DNA of 32,000 nucleotides from Desulfotalea psychrophila LSv54. Its GTDB lineage: Bacteria; Desulfobacterota; Desulfobulbia; Desulfobulbales; Desulfocapsaceae. Shown here piece after piece: positions 30,881-32,000 of the stretch; position 1 is the stretch's first letter, and every line of letters starts with the position of its first letter. The stretch lies in NCBI RefSeq assembly GCF_000025945.1, contig NC_006138.1, positions 1,770,001-1,802,000 of the forward strand, read 5' to 3'. The notes under the pieces are model-generated. The model was not told the DNA's origin and ran no database searches. It saw only the letters and a list, made by a program, of their open reading frames with translations. Made by a program: the position numbers and the translations under genes.

Positions 30881-32000
30881 ATGGAGCTTCTTGCGCCTGT
30901 TGGCAATATCCAAAATTTTCACGTAGCCCTCGAGAGTGGTGCCGATGCGGTTTATGTCGGGGCCCCTGGTCTTAATGCCAGGACCTTGGCACGGGATGTC
31001 AGTTTAGAAGAGATCGCGGCAATGATTGAATACTGTCATGACCGGGATAAAAAACTGTATGTTGCTGCAAATAGCCTGGTCCTTGAAAAGGAGCTTGATA
31101 CTGTTATTGATAGCTTGGCTATTCTTGAAGCCCTGAAACCGGATGGTTTGATTGTGCAGGATATGGGCGTTGTCCGTCTTATTCGTGATTATTTTCCCAA
31201 GATTCATATCCACGGTTCTACCCTCACCACTGCCCATAATTCGGACTCCGTTCGTTTTATGGAACGTCTGGGTTGTGACCGGGTTGTGCTTGCTCGTGAG
31301 CTTACCCTGAAAGAGATTGAGACCATTGCTCAAAAAAGAGGGAAGGCTGAACTTGAGGTCTTTATTCATGGCGCCATGTGTTTTTCCTATTCCGGACTCT
31401 GTCTTTTTTCCTCCTATCTTGGCGGTAAGTCAGGTCTTCGTGGTCGTTGTGTTCAACCCTGTCGTCGAGGTTATCGCTTAGGAAGCCAGAAGGCCGTTGC
31501 TCTTGATGGTAAGGGTAGTCGTGGTCCTAAGGGACTCAAGGGACGTGGTGGTCAGAAGCAAAATGTTGCGGGACGTGGTGGATCAAGTAGGTCAGAGTAT
31601 CTCTTTTCCATGAACGATCTCTCCGGTCTTGAGGTTGTCCCTGCCCTGCGTGATATGGGCATTGCCTCACTTAAGATTGAAGGTCGTTTGCGTTCTGCCC
31701 ACTATGTTGAACACATCGTCCGTGCCTATCGTCTGATGATGGATGCAACTCCGGAAAATGTAGAGACGGTACTGCCCGAGGCCCAGAAACTTGCAGAACA
31801 GGCCATGAGCCGTAAGATAAGTCCCGGATATTTTTTATCACCCCAGCCTGCCGAGGCCATAAGCCATCTGCACTCCGGAAATATGGGCCTGCATCTTGGC
31901 CGTTTTACCAAAATTGATGGCGGAGAGAAAGCTCCCAGTGCCCGTTTTCGTCTTAAGGAAAATGTGGGTCTGGGCGATCGTCTCCGTCTCCATATTGAGC
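30881..32000 (+). CDS. Peptidase U32 family protein, 3'-truncated by the window edge
   Basis: Not in the ORF track because it has no stop in the window. My own translation from the ATG at 30881 is open to nt 32000. It contains MELLAPVGN...GADAVYVG, EVFIHGAMCFSYSGLCLFSSY, RGRCVQPCR and SLKIEGR, typical U32 motifs. Confidence 0.8.
   Translation, partial: MELLAPVGNIQNFHVALESGADAVYVGAPGLNARTLARDVSLEEIAAMIEYCHDRDKKLYVAANSLVLEKELDTVIDSLAILEALKPDGLIVQDMGVVRLIRDYFPKIHIHGSTLTTAHNSDSVRFMERLGCDRVVLARELTLKEIETIAQKRGKAELEVFIHGAMCFSYSGLCLFSSYLGGKSGLRGRCVQPCRRGYRLGSQKAVALDGKGSRGPKGLKGRGGQKQNVAGRGGSSRSEYLFSMNDLSGLEVVPALRDMGIASLKIEGRLRSAHYVEHIVRAYRLMMDATPENVETVLPEAQKLAEQAMSRKISPGYFLSPQPAEAISHLHSGNMGLHLGRFTKIDGGEKAPSARFRLKENVGLGDRLRLHIE

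Noticed and set aside
31462-31611. A Gly/Lys/Arg-rich ~45-aa segment (GYRLGSQKAVALDGKGSRGPKGLKGRGGQKQNVAGRGGSSRSE) in the U32 peptidase, between the CxxPCR motif and the SMNDL motif
   Set aside because: Other U32 proteins I recall (e.g. E. coli YegQ) also carry a variable insertion at this position, so it is probably ordinary family variability.

Overview
The window has two parts. All calls rest on reading the sequence and ORF track and on motif recognition from memory; no homology search was possible.

(A) Positions 1 to about 17.9 kb are the right-hand portion of a temperate, siphovirus-type prophage. On the + strand it carries a 5'-truncated major capsid gene, head-tail joining genes, a tail tube gene, a tail chaperone with a canonical -1 frameshift heptamer, a tape measure gene, five distal-tail/fibre genes and a holin / SLT-endolysin / overlapped-spanin lysis cassette. 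A strongly AT-rich two-gene cassette follows on the opposite strand: a multi-pass membrane protein plus an ImmA/IrrE-type HEXXH metallopeptidase, with no XRE/HTH partner. Next come a tyrosine integrase and tRNA-Leu(UAA), the probable integration site. The left prophage end and the second att copy lie outside the window.

(B) Positions about 18-32 kb are chromosomal housekeeping genes of a Gram-negative host:
- ybeZ(phoH-like) followed by ybeY fused in frame to pdxJ
- a secreted DsbA-like oxidoreductase
- tRNA-Leu(UAG) with a near-consensus promoter and terminator
- a large uncharacterised membrane-protein locus that looks split by a +1 frame change
- an aminotransferase, folE2, metF and hslR
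- a stand-alone IMP-cyclohydrolase domain of PurH, purN, pyrR, and a 3'-truncated U32 peptidase gene

The best candidate for an undescribed system is the prophage moron at 15225-16606. No CRISPR array, rRNA or transposase was seen.
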